Assembly: GCF_001194135.2 (NCBI RefSeq)
Contig: NC_068982.1
Coordinates: 163,872,095-163,936,094 of the forward strand
Reading direction: 5' to 3'
Source of the DNA: Octopus bimaculoides
Lineage: Eukaryota
Length of the DNA stretch: 64,000 bases
In this document: in pieces, positions 24,395 through 37,585 of the stretch
Layout of the letters: each line of letters opens with the position of its first letter
How positions within the stretch are numbered: the stretch's first letter is position 1
The notes under the pieces: model-generated
Seen by the model: the letters and a program-made list of their open reading frames with translations, nothing else
Told to the model about the DNA's origin: nothing
Databases searched by the model: none
Program-made: the position numbers and the translations under genes

Positions 24395-25600
24395 AATGCT
24401 AGCGGAGAAAATTCTTTGCTCAATGGAAAATGGGCGGATAATTTTTTTTTTTTCCTCAGAAATAAATGGAAAGTGTATGTTTTAAATTTATAAAGATTCG
24501 GTTGTAGTTAAAAAAGCATACAATCTTGAACATGATTATTTGACCAACCATAAAGAATACTAAAAGTGAAACGAGCTTTGCATTTAAACAAACTAACATT
24601 TCTAAAAGAATTTTATGCAAACAGCAATCTACTTTTTTAAAAAGGAACCTATTAAGGAAAATTCCTCTGCAATGTGAGCACATCTAAAACGAATTTCTTA
24701 AAGAGTGTATGTTGCTATTGCACAAATTTTAACTCTAGAAAAGTTAAATTGAGTAGATTAACTGTCAGGAGGATAATTTCTGAACGTATAAAAGACATGA
24801 AATTGAGTTTTATTCGATAGTTGCAAGGTGAGACAACAGATATAATAAATCCGAAACAAGAGAAACAATTAGTCGGCAAATTAATGAATAGAAATTTACT
24901 TGCCTTAAAATCGATATATGAAACTATCAGAGAGGATTTTTTTTTCTGAAGTTAAATTAACAATAAATTATCTTGATTTAATCGTGGAGAAACTTAGAGG
25001 TGCAGTTATGGTCGGTGCTAAATATAGAGTCGGATTTCAAAAAGGACATTCTTCAATCGAGAGAGAATTGGTGAATTGTCAGCCAGATTCTAATATCTTA
25101 AATAGTGTCATTTCTTTAGTCACCAATATAATTTTTGGTTTATTCTCCCTTAGAATTAACAATGTAATGAAAATGATAACAAAATGCATTAAATCAATAA
25201 AAGACAGGAAATGAACATAGAATTTAAAGACATTTTGAAGGATCCCGAAATATGAATGTTCATTGCCAAAACTGACAATATATGTTCAAGCAATTCTAAG
25301 AACTGTAAGATGAAATGACTCTTTATGATGTTAAAGGCGTTCACATTATGGAATCAAAGGACAACACATGTTTATATGAATTTGGCATTTTTACTGATAT
25401 CACTAACCAGATAAATGATTCATGTTTGAAATAACAAGGCTGAAATCAGTGTCTCAGGATCACTGATTCAGTCCTTGTATCAATACCAAGAACTTTGAGT
25501 CAATGCTGTGATTGTTTGTAACTCACCTGAGACCATTCGAACATTGAGACGTTACATTTTCCAGCACTCGTTGAAAGAACAGAAAACAGAATCGAGATTG
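24395..25600 (+). pseudogene. Decayed hAT transposase (GTF2IRD2/SPIN-like), internally deleted
   Basis: BED-like W..FFF..EINGKC...YNL..DYLTNH; LSRLTVRRI...GETTDI; FFTDITNQIN...QG.NQ; HFPAL. Confidence 0.6.
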
Positions 25601-27026
25601 GAATAATTTTTCACTAGTTTCAATCATAAGATTATGACTGACTATGACTGAGCCTGTTCATTTCTGCCTGGAACTTATTTTATCGGTCTAAAATTTTTGG
25701 ATCACTAATTTATGCAGTTTGACGCTACATCGGCAAACATAAACACTCGCACATCTAATTATCCACCCGTCTATCCGTCCGCCCATTCATTCCATGTGAT
25801 AAATCCCTCAACTGATTGAAGTGAGAAGACATGCCTTAGCAATCGATATAAGGCTTGTATCATTTTAACAGTATTTCTTTAATGTTCATCAATACGGTCA
25901 ACGTGTTTCCGTGTTCAAAAAGAATAGCAAAACCTGTTATAATGTTCGATGAGTAAATCTGGCATTGGAAACAAAACTTTGTATCCCATTTCTCCTTATT
26001 GCTCTAAGCAAGTTTAAGGGTTAATCCGAACCTATAAATGAAATATATCTACTTTTGACAAATCATGCATTAGAAATTGCAACACTACTTTCTACTGTGT
26101 TGACGATTTGAATTGATTTTCTCGACATAAAAAGTAGTCAAGAGCCACCTGCGTTGCTTGGATTACAGAGATAGCAAAACAGCAACAACAGCCGTGACAG
26201 CAATGAATACAACGACGAAAATAATAACAGTGTCATTAACATCGTCGTTATAATATTCTCGATGTTATCACATTGAGAATATTATTAAGTCACTCTATCT
26301 CTTAGAAATAGCAGCAGAATAACCCTCAAAGAACACCTTCCATGAAGACTTAGTAAAGCACGCGTTGGATAACGTGGATGGGCTACCTATCTAGTTTTTT
26401 GACTTGCAATACACAACAGATAAATCTTTGTCATATTACATTATAGCGTCTTAAATATGGAAATGATGCACTGCGTAATGTAAATCTTTCAAGACACTCT
26501 TACGAAAGGGGGCTGATCACGGATAGAATAAGTTTGAACATAGGTTTCCTCGATTAGGGTATACTTATATGCATGTATGCGCATGTATTATGTATCAATG
26601 TTTGTATATATTCATATCTACTTGTTTCTGAACGTATATATGTATATACGTCTGTATGTATGTGTGTAGTCATCTACATGTGCGGGTGTAAACACACTCA
26701 CACTTTCTCATATACACACTTTTTCTTATTAATATTTAGCAGAAGCAACAGAATGACTCAAAGGTTGAGAGTTTCGTGCACTGGCACTTATCAAGCTAGT
26801 TACAAATCGAAGGGCTGTAAAATTTATATACTGGTGATAATAGTAGTTATACATGTATATTCACTCAGATTTGAGTACGCGAGAGTGTATGTATGCATAT
26901 TTAAGAACACTTATGCGCCTATGTGTATATACTCTTGTTTCGCTTTATGTAGATATATCTATGCGTGTGCATATATGTATATGTGTGTGTACGTGTGAAT
27001 CCATAATCATGCATGTACGACCGTGA

Positions 27027-27060
<34 letters not shown>

Positions 27061-27849
27061 NNNNNNNNNNNNNNNNNNNNNNNNNNNNNNNNNNNNNNNN
27101 NNNNNNNNNNNNNNNNNNNNNNNNNNNNNNNNNNNNNNNNNNNNNNNNNNNNNNNNNNNNNNNNNNNNNNNNNNNNNNNNNNNNNNNNNNNNNNNNNNNN
27201 NNNNNNNNNNNNNNNNNNNNNNNNNNNNNNNNNNNNNNNNNNNNNNNNNNNNNNNNNNNNNNNNNNNNNNNNNNNNNNNNNNNNNNNNNNNNNNNNNNNN
27301 NNNNNNNNNNNNNNNNNNNNNNNNNNNNNNNNNNNNNNNNNNNNNNNNNNNNNNNNNNNNNNNNNNNNNNNNNNNNNNNNNNNNNNNNNNNNNNNNNNNN
27401 NNNNNNNNNNNNNNNNNNNNNNNNNNNNNNNNNNNNNNNNNNNNNNNNNNNNNNNNNNNNNNNNNNNNNNNNNNNNNNNNNNNNNNNNNNNNNNNNNNNN
27501 NNNNNNNNNNNNNNNNNNNNNNNNNNNNNNNNNNNNNNNNNNNNNNNNNNNNNNNNNNNNNNNNNNNNNNNNNNNNNNNNNNNNNNNNNNNNNNNNNNNN
27601 NNNNNNNNNNNNNNNNNNNNNNNNNNNNNNNNNNNNNACCCTGCATTGCCCGGGTTAAAGAGAATAATGAAATTTAAAAACGCTGTCTAGATTACGCAGG
27701 TTTCAACTGCTAGTAGCTGAGATACCAACTTTCTACATTAACAACTCTCCAACCCATGCCAGCATGGAACATAGACGTTAACTGAAATGGTAAAAGAAAG
27801 TTTTCAACTCATATGTATATAAAGTAAATACACGTCATTAAAAACACGT

Positions 27850-28530
27850 TTTGTGTAGCTTATTTGGTCACCAAAAAAACAAACAGGTACAGATTATAAA
27901 CAATGAAAGGCCGGTTTTGGTGATTCATTTGACAGAGGTATTAGAGAGCCAATTCGATGATAAACCTGACCTTGGATCTTGAAAGTTTGCATAAAATCTG
28001 GCGCAGTTAAATTTCTTGTGGCTCCAAATGATGTCAACTGTAGTGCAGCATTGTATTGTCTAATTTTGTTTTGGAAGTGCTTGATCAGTTGATGACAACA
28101 GTTTCTTCAATGGCTCTGGAGGTTGGGGGATTGCAGGGAGTTTAACCTTTCCACCACTGCAGCACAGTGCAGGTGTCTCTCCAGGCCACCTCCTTGCTTT
28201 ATGATGTATGCACTCAGTTGTCATTGCACCAATGGAAACTCTAGTGTCATCTGCATAATGAACTACTGGATCATATTTGAAAGCTGCTTCATAGAAGTTG
28301 CTACCTTGAGCTGTTGCAACTGCTCTTCGTACTGCAGTGGAGATCCTATTCCTTGTCAGCCGTGCATACCTCTGTTCATTAGTTTGTGATGCTCTGGCTT
28401 TTGTAGTGCACAGTCTGTTCGTCTCTTGGTATGCTTCCCTTTTTGTAGCTGTCTCTCTTTCCTTGGACACAGACATTCTTTTGGCTGACCTTGACATTGT
28501 AGACAAATTTGATACTTTCTTTCCAGGCAT
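27850..28530 (-). pseudogene. Helitron RepHel N-terminal fragment
   Basis: AAFKYDP...IGAMTTEC...GETPALCCSGGKVKLP...PPEPL; after a frameshift IRQYNAALQLTSFGA...FKIQGQVYHRIGSL. A possible A|TC 5' end is at 28787. Confidence 0.85.
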
Positions 28531-29186
28531 GGTAATATAGGTATACAAAAATACATGGGTTCTGCAGATAGTAAACAATGAAAATAACTGGGTAACGGAA
28601 ATTATATTTCTTAATACAACGGACGGAAAGTAAATTAGAAATTTTTACGGAAAATAAAGAACTGTACGGGCTGAAGCGAAATTTGTGATTGAACCAAAGA
28701 GCCAGTATCGAAGGAACCAGATAAAGAGATATAGAGAGATAAAGGTAGATAGAGGTGGATAGAGAGGTATAGATAGAGAGATATAGATGTCACTGACGCA
28801 AGAAAATATGTTGAAAAACTTTCAAAGACGTGAATCTAATATCAAAAGTAACATTTAAAATTGTTTTTATGACCAATGGATGTAAGGAAGACAATTTCTG
28901 AAAGTTACTTCGTAAAAAAAGTTACCTCTGTACGCCACGTAACCCAGGAACGGGTTTTTTCTGCCCGTTACTCATTATGTGAAAACTTTTAAGAGTCTAA
29001 AACCACCCCTGGAACATAAATAATGTATGTTTCCAGTTTGGAGAAAATCAGTTGAAAAATACGCCGTTATAATCTTTTATACACACACAGAGACTGTATA
29101 GATAAATACATGTATGTATGTATACTGTTTTGTCTGGGGAGAGTCATTCTCTTTTAGTGCCTTATAAATCCAAATCCCAAAACGAA

Positions 29187-29269
<83 letters not shown>

Positions 29270-29794
29270 NNNNNNNNNNNNNNNNNNNNNNNNNNNNNNN
29301 NNNNNNNNNNNNNNNNNNNNNNNNNNNNNNNNNNNNNNNNNNNNNNNNNNNNNNNNNNNNNNNNNNNNNNNNNNNNNNNNNNNNNNNNTATATATACATA
29401 CATACACATACGTATTTGCTGTGTATATATTCACTGGCACTCTCATACATGTGTGTGTAAGTATGCACAATTTTTCCCTATTTATTTATTTATTTATTTA
29501 TGTATTTATTTATTGCACAGCGAAATGGGCAAAATATTTGAAAAATATAAATTATCTGCGTGACATTGTAATTGTTTTTATAATTTGTTCCAGAACTATC
29601 CCGGGAAATACTATCATCACCTCTATATAAATTTACTATACTATGTAATAATATAGAAATTCTATTATCACCTGTATATATGTTTATAACACCTCGAGTT
29701 GTAATTAATTTGATAAGTGCTAACGCACAAAACTCTCAGCCCTTGAGTCACTCTGTTGTTTCTGCAAAATATGAATAAAAAATATGTATATATT

Positions 29795-29960
29795 CTTTTA
29801 TTCTTTTACTTGTTTCATTCATTTGACTACGGTCGCACTGGAGCACCGCATTTAGTGGAACAAATCGACCCCAGGACTTATTTTTTGCAACCGTAGTAAT
29901 TATTCTATCGGTATCTATTGCCGAACCGCTAGGTGACGGAGTTGTAAACACACCAACATC
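29795..29960 (-). mobile_element. SINE family B, 3' half
   Basis: ttttattcttttacttgtttca...ggagcaccgc...ccaggactta...ccgaaccgctagg...aacacaccaacatcgg. Confidence 0.7.
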
Positions 29961-32000
29961 GGAGACGACGGAAGGCCCGTAGGTTCCTCCGACGAAGGGG
30001 TAGGGTGGAGGGGTGGAAAAGGAGGGGAAAGGGTGTGTGGTTAGGGGGTTGGCGTGGGGAAGGAGTGACGGTGGTGGTGTGATCAATTCCACGAGCGTGG
30101 ACAAGGGCGGTTTGGACAAGGGTTGAGGGGTATCCTCGATGCATGAACAGGCGGGCAAGGTACTGGGATTGGGTCTCAAAATCCTGGTCCCGGCTGCACA
30201 AGCGTCGGATGCGGAGGAACTGGGAGTAGCGGATTGCCCGTTTGGTGTGGAAGGGATGGGAGGAGGAAAAGTTGCAGTAGAAGTGGGAATCTGTGAGTTT
30301 GAAGAAGGCGGAGATGGTGAGAGAGTGGGAGGGGTGGTAAATGGTAAGAGAGATATCGAGGATGTTAACGGAGGTGTTAGAAATAGTAGAAGTGAATTGG
30401 AGAGCGGGTGGAAGTTAGAGAGGAAGTTATACAGTCATCTATGTAGCGATCGTATAGCTCTGGAGTCGGCCCGGAGAATTGGAAAAATGCTTGGGCTTCA
30501 ATGTGACCAACAAAGAGGTTGGCGAAATTGGAGCCCATTCTCGTTCCTATTCGCGACCCCAGACTGCTTTTGGTAGGTTTCTCCGGTGAACGTAAAGCAG
30601 TTGAGGGCGAGGACGAGCTCTGCCAGGCGAAGAAGGGTGGAGGTGCTGGGTGTGGGATCAGGGCAACGGTCGAGGAAATATTGGAGGTTTAAGAGACTGT
30701 CGTTGTGGGGAATCACCATGTACAGGAATTTGATGTCCAAGGTGAAGACGAGGTGTGAGGGGCCGGGAGGGAAGGAAAAGGAATTGAAGAGGCGAAGGGC
30801 GTGATTAGTGTCGTGTATTTGGGATGAGAGGGCAGCAACAATGGGAACACGATGCAGTCAAGGTATTTGGAAATAAGTTCGGTGGGGCAGTTACAGGGAG
30901 AAACAATGGGGCGGCCAGGGTTGTTGGGTTTATGTATTTTGGGAAGGAAATAGAGGGTGAAAGTACGGTGTGTTCGGACGATGAGGTTCGTGGCGGTGGG
31001 GGAGGAGAGCAGAAGAGGAGATGAGGTCATGGATGGTGGAGGACACTCGCTGTTGGTAAGAAGAGGTTTGCCGGTTTGATGGTGATGTCGTTGCGGCGAC
31101 GAAGGTCGCGAAGGGCGACCAATTCAGCACGGGTGTGGTTGGCTCGGCGGGAACTTTTTGAAATTGAATCGCTCGACTAACGCATNNNNNNNNNNNNNNN
31201 NNNNNNNNNNNNNNNNNNNNNNNNNNNNNNNNNNNNNNNNNNNNNNNNNNNNNNNNNNNNNNNNNNNNNNNNNNNNNNNNNNNNNNNNNNNNNNNNNNNN
31301 NNNNNNNNNNNNNNNNNNNNNNNNNNNNNNNNNNNNNNNNNNNNNNNNNNNNNNNNNNNNNNNNNNNNNNNNNNNNNNNNNNNNNNNNNNNNNNNNNNNN
31401 NNNNNNNNNNNNNNNNNNNNNNNNNNNNNNNNNNNNNNNNNNNNNNNNNNNNNNNNNNNNNNNNNNNNNNNNNNNNNNNNNNNNNNNNNNNNNNNNNNNN
31501 NNNNNNNNNNNNNNNNNNNNNNNNNNNNNNNNNNNNNNNNNNNNNNNNNNNNNNNNNNNNNNNNNNNNNNNNNNNNNNNNNNNNNNNNNNNNNNNNNNNN
31601 NNNNNNNNNNNNNNNNNNNNNNNNNNNNNNNNNNNNNNNNNNNNNNNNNNNNNNNNNNNNNNNNNNNNNATGTGGAGTGGAGTGGTGGATGCGGGATTGG
31701 GAGGGGTTGGGGAAGCTGAAGGTGAGGGTATCGGGGGTGTAGGAGGGGAAGGGTTGAGGAGTCGGTAGAATTTTTTTGTTTTTGTGTGTGAGGAAATTGT
31801 AGAGTTTGTAGTTGAGATAAAGAAGGAAGCGGAGAATGAGTTGGGTGAAGGGTGGAGGGTAGGGGGAGGAGAGGAAAAAGTAAGCTTGGGGAAGTCGGTG
31901 GTCAAGAGAGTGAAGGAGGGAGCAGGTGGAACGGATGGTGGCACGGATGAGGAGGCGGGAAGTGCAGGAGAAGGGCTCTGAACAGTTTTCATCTACCAAA
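29961..32000 (-). pseudogene. Penelope-like element RT fragment (GIY-YIG region absent; gap at 31186-31669)
   Basis: YFLPKIHK...GRPIVS, MDIKFLY..IPH, LAELVL..NCFTF, RYIDD at 30434-30448, then LFMHRGYP. Confidence 0.9.
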
Positions 32001-32403
32001 TGTCATTCATAAGATATTGGTGACCCTGAAAGTATGGTAGAAAACCCATGTTCAAAACGTCGTGAAGTAGACTCGAGCACGCAGCTACCTGTTTATATAT
32101 ATTGTACAAATAGGATAAATAATGCATTTGACTTATGCATATTTCGTTAAATAAACAGCAATTAAACTCGTTTAATACTTCTGTATCGGCATGTTTAATT
32201 AGTATGATAGTGAGGTACACGTAAAGAATAGAGAAACCAAACTAAGCTTCCAGCCTCGTATGTAGCCATCTTTTGACTGAAGATGTTAAAATAGGATTGT
32301 GGTTAGTGTGTCTACATGTCAATAAAATAAAACATTGTCGAGGTAACTCGAAGCCGAATCCCTGTATATGCGGTCAGGTATCACGAGGAAATCACCATAG
32401 TTT

Positions 32404-32501
32404 CACGTGGTCGGTTTATTAACCAACCAATCAGCGTGAAGCGATGGCGTGGACAGGTTTCCTCGAACATTCTAGAATTTGACTTCCAGTCCCCTATAAA
32501 A
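32404..32501 (+). promoter_or_regulatory. Pol II promoter module P2: E-box, CCAAT, GCGTG, perfect heat-shock element, TATA
   Basis: CACGTG 32404-32409; CCAATCAGC 32427-32435; GCGTG 32447-32451; cGAAcaTTCtaGAAt 32464-32478 (three nGAAn units); TATAAAA 32495-32501. A CpG-rich unique segment follows to about 33030. Confidence 0.7.
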
Positions 32502-33907
32502 CCCGTTCGACACGCATTTTTACCGGTCAGCCGACCCAAGAAGGTGGTTGAGACAGATGGCACAGATAGATGATGATAGAAACCTCCGTCGCCACGAATA
32601 TAGCACAATTGTTTCTAGTTACAATGGGCAAGTCGTATGTTGCCGTATCAATAGCTTGCCGTAAACGTCAAGCAGTATCTCTCTCCAAGTTGGCAATCAT
32701 TGCTGCCGTCAGCTGTGAAAGGCCAACGCAGTTTGTCTTTATTTGCGGTAATTAAATCTGTTAAATGTCCGCGGGTGTTGTTCAGTTACTTCTACTCGCA
32801 GCCCGAGAAACGTATTTTCATTCATCAACTGAACCAGCTACCACAGTAGCCAACAACAGTCATACCCATGCGACAACATCAACACAAAACCACCGTTGAC
32901 TAGGAGAGTGTGAACTGATAGCGAGTTGGATAATGAAGTGGCTATACTGTAACGATTTGTGCGTATCAAGAAGCAATCAATGGTGACGATTATTATATAA
33001 AAAGTGTGTTTGCATTGGAAGGAAGAGATGGAAGTAATTTTATTCATTTATGTATATATTTTCGTATTTTCATTTTTAATATAGTTGTTTCTGCAGTCTG
33101 TAAAAATAGATATTTTTTAAAACTGAATTGTTTTTGTGCATATATGTTTACAATAACTTATCGAATGAATATTGATAGTGTTTTAACGGTGTTAATTAAA
33201 AATTGGTTTCTTTATATACTTTGTTAAAATTTCGATTTCTTATTAATTAGTTGGAAGTTTTATATATGATTTTTGTGTGTTTATGTATGTCTAAACAAAT
33301 TTATTGAATAATGCTAATGTATTATCAGTGCCAAGTTTTTGTTTATGGAGAATAGGTTTTCGTACTATAAGACAGGGATTCAGTTATTGTCTATTTTTAT
33401 GGGCAGCAACAACGAAATTGATTAAAAGAACACACATCTTTAGTTTACCTGGTTTGTCTCTTTGCTGTCTTCGGCTTGTTAAAAACAGCAGTTAAATTTC
33501 TCTCAAATAAAACCTTACACCCTTAAGAAAGGAAGAAACGAAAACTATCACAACTAATATGACTTTGATATTCTGCTCAGTGCTAAATAACAATAACCAG
33601 GTAAAATGACAATAAAAATTATAGTTTTATAGTTTTTACGCACACACACGCATACGTAGAGATGGAGTATGTTTATCAATTCTTCTTGTTCTTGTTCTAG
33701 TTGTTGTTGTTGTTGTTGCTGCTGCTGTATTTATGTTGACCACGTCATACCACATGCTTCGCAATTTCTATTGTTTTAGATAAAAGCCTTTTATATTCTA
33801 CTGTTTGCTTTAGTTTTCTTACTGTAGAGATCGTATATCTATTGGCAATAATAATTAATTTTTCATGCTTTTGTCTCTCCAATCTTTGCAGCAAATCTGA
33901 GAAAAAA

Positions 33908-33947
<40 letters not shown>

Positions 33948-34624
33948 ATATGACGATATCTGTCATTTTTTTTTTGTGTGGAGAATCTTGTGTTTTAACA
34001 TTCATTTTATTTCTATCACGTAGACATTTGTCATAGCTATTAAATCTATTTAATTCATTGATGAGCACTTATGTAGTGTTACTAGTATGTTTGGGTGGAT
34101 TAGAATGTATTTTGTAAAAACTGTATCGGAAACTGTACAAGGTGATTGTCCTCTACATTTAACTTCTGTGGACCCACACGTGATTATGTAGTTCAGTGGT
34201 TCTTGCATGAATATGATGAATCCTTATAATATTTTGAAGAGTAGCAAAATCACAAAAGTCGAAGCAAAAAAAATATTTCCGTGAAAGTAATAATAAATGT
34301 TATTCATTCTTTTCACAACAGAATTTGTTGAAGTACATTTAATAGAAGTAATTTAACACTTAATTAAAGAGACAAGCTGATTCAGTATGGTATTTAACAG
34401 CTTCAAGTCTTGTTATACAATTACGTACACCAAAGCAAAAAGATACAACAGAACTTTAGAGAATTATATAAAGATTATTTTGTAAGAGGATTTAGTGATA
34501 CAAGAGGCCAGGTTCATAGCTTAGTAAGCATCAGTTTCTATTTAAGCTGTGTGCATACCAGCATTTTCTCTATTTCACTGTTATGCATTAAAACCTAAAT
34601 CCTTGGTGAAACGATAAACACATT

Positions 34625-36235
34625 TACGAAATGTAATGAAAACCTTAACTTTGGACAAGTTTAGAAGATGCCTCCTCTTTAGGTTTCATTTTCAGTAAGC
34701 TGCACCTTGAGTTATACTCCTGTTGCAAAATGTTTCTTAAATTGGTTTTGTGTTTGTAAATGTTAAAAATCAGGATTCATATGTGTTGTAGCAAAGAGAA
34801 ACTCTTTCATCTCTGTATTTCTAGCAATTGGTTTTCTCACCATAGCCATAAGCTATAATGCACGTACAGATTCAATAAGCTTATTGAAATTATTACTGTG
34901 ATGTAAGTTTGAAATTTAAATAAACTGTTTTTGAAATTTATTGATGTTGACCAAACCCTCATACATAGTATGACTGTCAATACTAAATGAAATTCCTACC
35001 CAATTACACCTTTCAGCATCTTCTGTTGGAATGCACCGATTGAATTCTGTCGTTAATTTTCTTTAATGTTTTCAGATATTCTACACAACATTAAAATCAT
35101 TACCATTATCTTCTTTTAATAAATTGACTGCTGGGAAATATGCAGATTTTCAGTGCTTCACTTTCCTTTTCCACAATTTGAGCTTTTCTTTAAATGCATG
35201 TATTTTCTTCATTAAAGTAATAATCGTCTGATCGCAGTTATGTATAGAGATAATTAAGTTATTAAATTCTGAAAAAATCTTGGGAAGACAATTTAACTGA
35301 AGCGGCCACTTGTAATTGTCTTGAAATTAAAGGATGATTAAAAAAAATCTGTTTCACTTCATTGTAAAGTAGTGTTAGAACTTTGCTGCGGAACTTTTCC
35401 GCGAGATAAACATTTGATCTTTGCTAAATAATCGCTCGCGTTCATATTCAGAACTGATTGAAAAGTAAAAATCACTGAAGAGACTGTTATTGTGAGATAC
35501 TAATTTTATAAAGCTTACAATTTGAACAACGTCCTTTGACATTAAACTAATTCTAACGATATATTTGAAACAAGCCTTTTCTCTAAAAAACAGTAGAATA
35601 GTGAACGACGATTAATATACCCTACTTTTCCTCAAAACCCTTGCGAGCACGTATCACTGCTGCTGCAGTGTCGGTGCATACGCCGACACTAGTCATTATA
35701 GCCTAGAAACTGCTTACTAAAATAGAATTCTATCATTTCAAAATATCATTTTCAGCAGTCGAAACACAAAATGGTTTCCAGAATGAAATCCTTTTCTATG
35801 CCATTTTCGCTGGGCTGTCGTATATAAGCCATAAATTGGACGACTTGCTTTTATTACGGAAATGAATTGCTTTCTTAAGCTCTCTCGAAAAATCACAAAT
35901 ACTTCTACAAAGCGTATAGTTTGAAAATGGAACCTACTTTAGCATCTTAGCAATATTATCTTCACATGTAATATGGCTATGTCAATGGTTGCTGAGTTTA
36001 CAAGATCCTCTCAAATTGTGTAGAGTTTCTTTGATTTTGCAACCCTCAAGAAACAGTGTAATATTCATGTAGTTTATTTCTAAAGAAAATATCGCAGTTG
36101 TTTGAATCTCTGAACTGTCGTCATTTAACAGCTTTCTTTTCTTTTATTACAAAATCGTTGCCTTTCTTCTCCAAATGCCTTTGAAATTTATGTATCAGTG
36201 ATTTGTTACTTAATATTTCACAACATATCAAACAT
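34625..36235 (-). pseudogene. Decayed hAT transposase, Buster/Charlie type (ZBED5/SCAND3-like)
   Basis: CEILSNKSL...RHL; VPFSNYTL.RSI.D; GVCTDTA; LSRGKV; KIHAFKEKLKLW...FP; dimerisation region FATT...KT..RN.L. Many stops. Confidence 0.75.
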
Positions 36236-37189
36236 TATGGTTAAATCATTCTATTCGTTGTAATAAATGCAAAGCTTAAATAAAAAAAAATGTCTTTGCA
36301 GTGCCGTTTTAACAATATGGATATATCAGTTAACAGCTTCATATGATAATATAATTATTATTAAGTAGCATGATTAGAATAATTAATTTAAATAAAGCAA
36401 ATATAAAGTAATAATGCATTTCCCAAAATAGATGACAAAACAACATAGTTCTTTCCGTCACGAATTTCGACTTTGAGTTTACTAAGAAGGCTGCATTAAT
36501 ATTGCATGAATAAGACGAATCCTTACAAAAATATTCTAGAGAAAAGCAGCCATATATGTTTACTCGGAGCCGTGGAATCGATGACTTCATCAGAGAAAAA
36601 ACAAACAAACAGCAAAACTTTTGTGCTTTCTCCCTTTTTTTCCTAATAAAAGCTATTTTTCATAATTTCGTAAATACATGAATTTAAAGAAAGCAAACTC
36701 TTATTCATGAAAAAAACAAAACGAAACAAAACAACAAAAACTCTCAATTATAATGCATATATTTTATCGTTTGAACCTAAAAGAAAGGTCAGCTTAACCC
36801 CTTTATGTAACTATTCTAAACGTTCAAAAAGTTTATAGTTTGATGAATTTTTAACAGTAAATTCATCTTCATGTTTTGGGGATAAATAAAAACAATAAAA
36901 CATTTTTGCTGATTAATTCTAGAATGAAAGTAGTGATATATAGCAGCAACGAAAAAAACTTAATCATTCAAAAAATGCCCAGTGACACATTGAAAAACTT
37001 TGCGATCCAATTTTGAGTCACGAACCTGATGTAGTCCAATATGGAATTCGAAAGTCTGGTCGCAGACCACATGTATGAAGTCTCATAGGAGAGGAGATAT
37101 TGTGTTGGCAGCTTCGCGCTGATTTATATCCTCAAGTTTATCGGTGAAACATTGCTTCCTCTTGTAACAAGACATGTCTTGCAAACAAC

Positions 37190-37585
37190 TCGCACATGCA
37201 AGTGCTATACTAGTCGAGAACTCAGCATACCGGAAGCCAGCAAGTGTATGGGGTCATCAGGAGAGAATGCGCGCCGTTTCGGGGCCTACCTCTCGACGGC
37301 ATCAATGCGCACCGGCCCCCCTCACTGATATGAGGCCCCTCTTGCTAGATCATCTTGTTATTAAAAACAAAGCTCAATATTTCTCTAGCCATCGCTCATC
37401 GTCTCTTTTTAACCAAATCCAGTGACTAGCCTTCTCCACTGTAGTTTGGATATCACTCATGGTGGTATTTACCTTACAATGAGTTAGGCCTAACGATAAC
37501 AGCAGTCGTCTCACACTGTGTCCTACAAACCCTGTACATTCAACTTCAAAGATGATCTCTCTCAATTTGTGTCCATTATTCACCA
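37190..37585 (-). mobile_element. 3' fragment of a HERO-like (RLE) non-LTR retrotransposon
   Basis: FEVECTGFVGHSVRRLLLSLG...VEKASHWIWLKRDDERW followed by a GC-rich 3' UTR containing ccgaaac...ctgatga. Confidence 0.65.

Noticed and set aside
30139-30576. 145-aa plus-strand ORF and neighbours
   Set aside because: They are antisense to the Penelope RT and reflect its codon structure.
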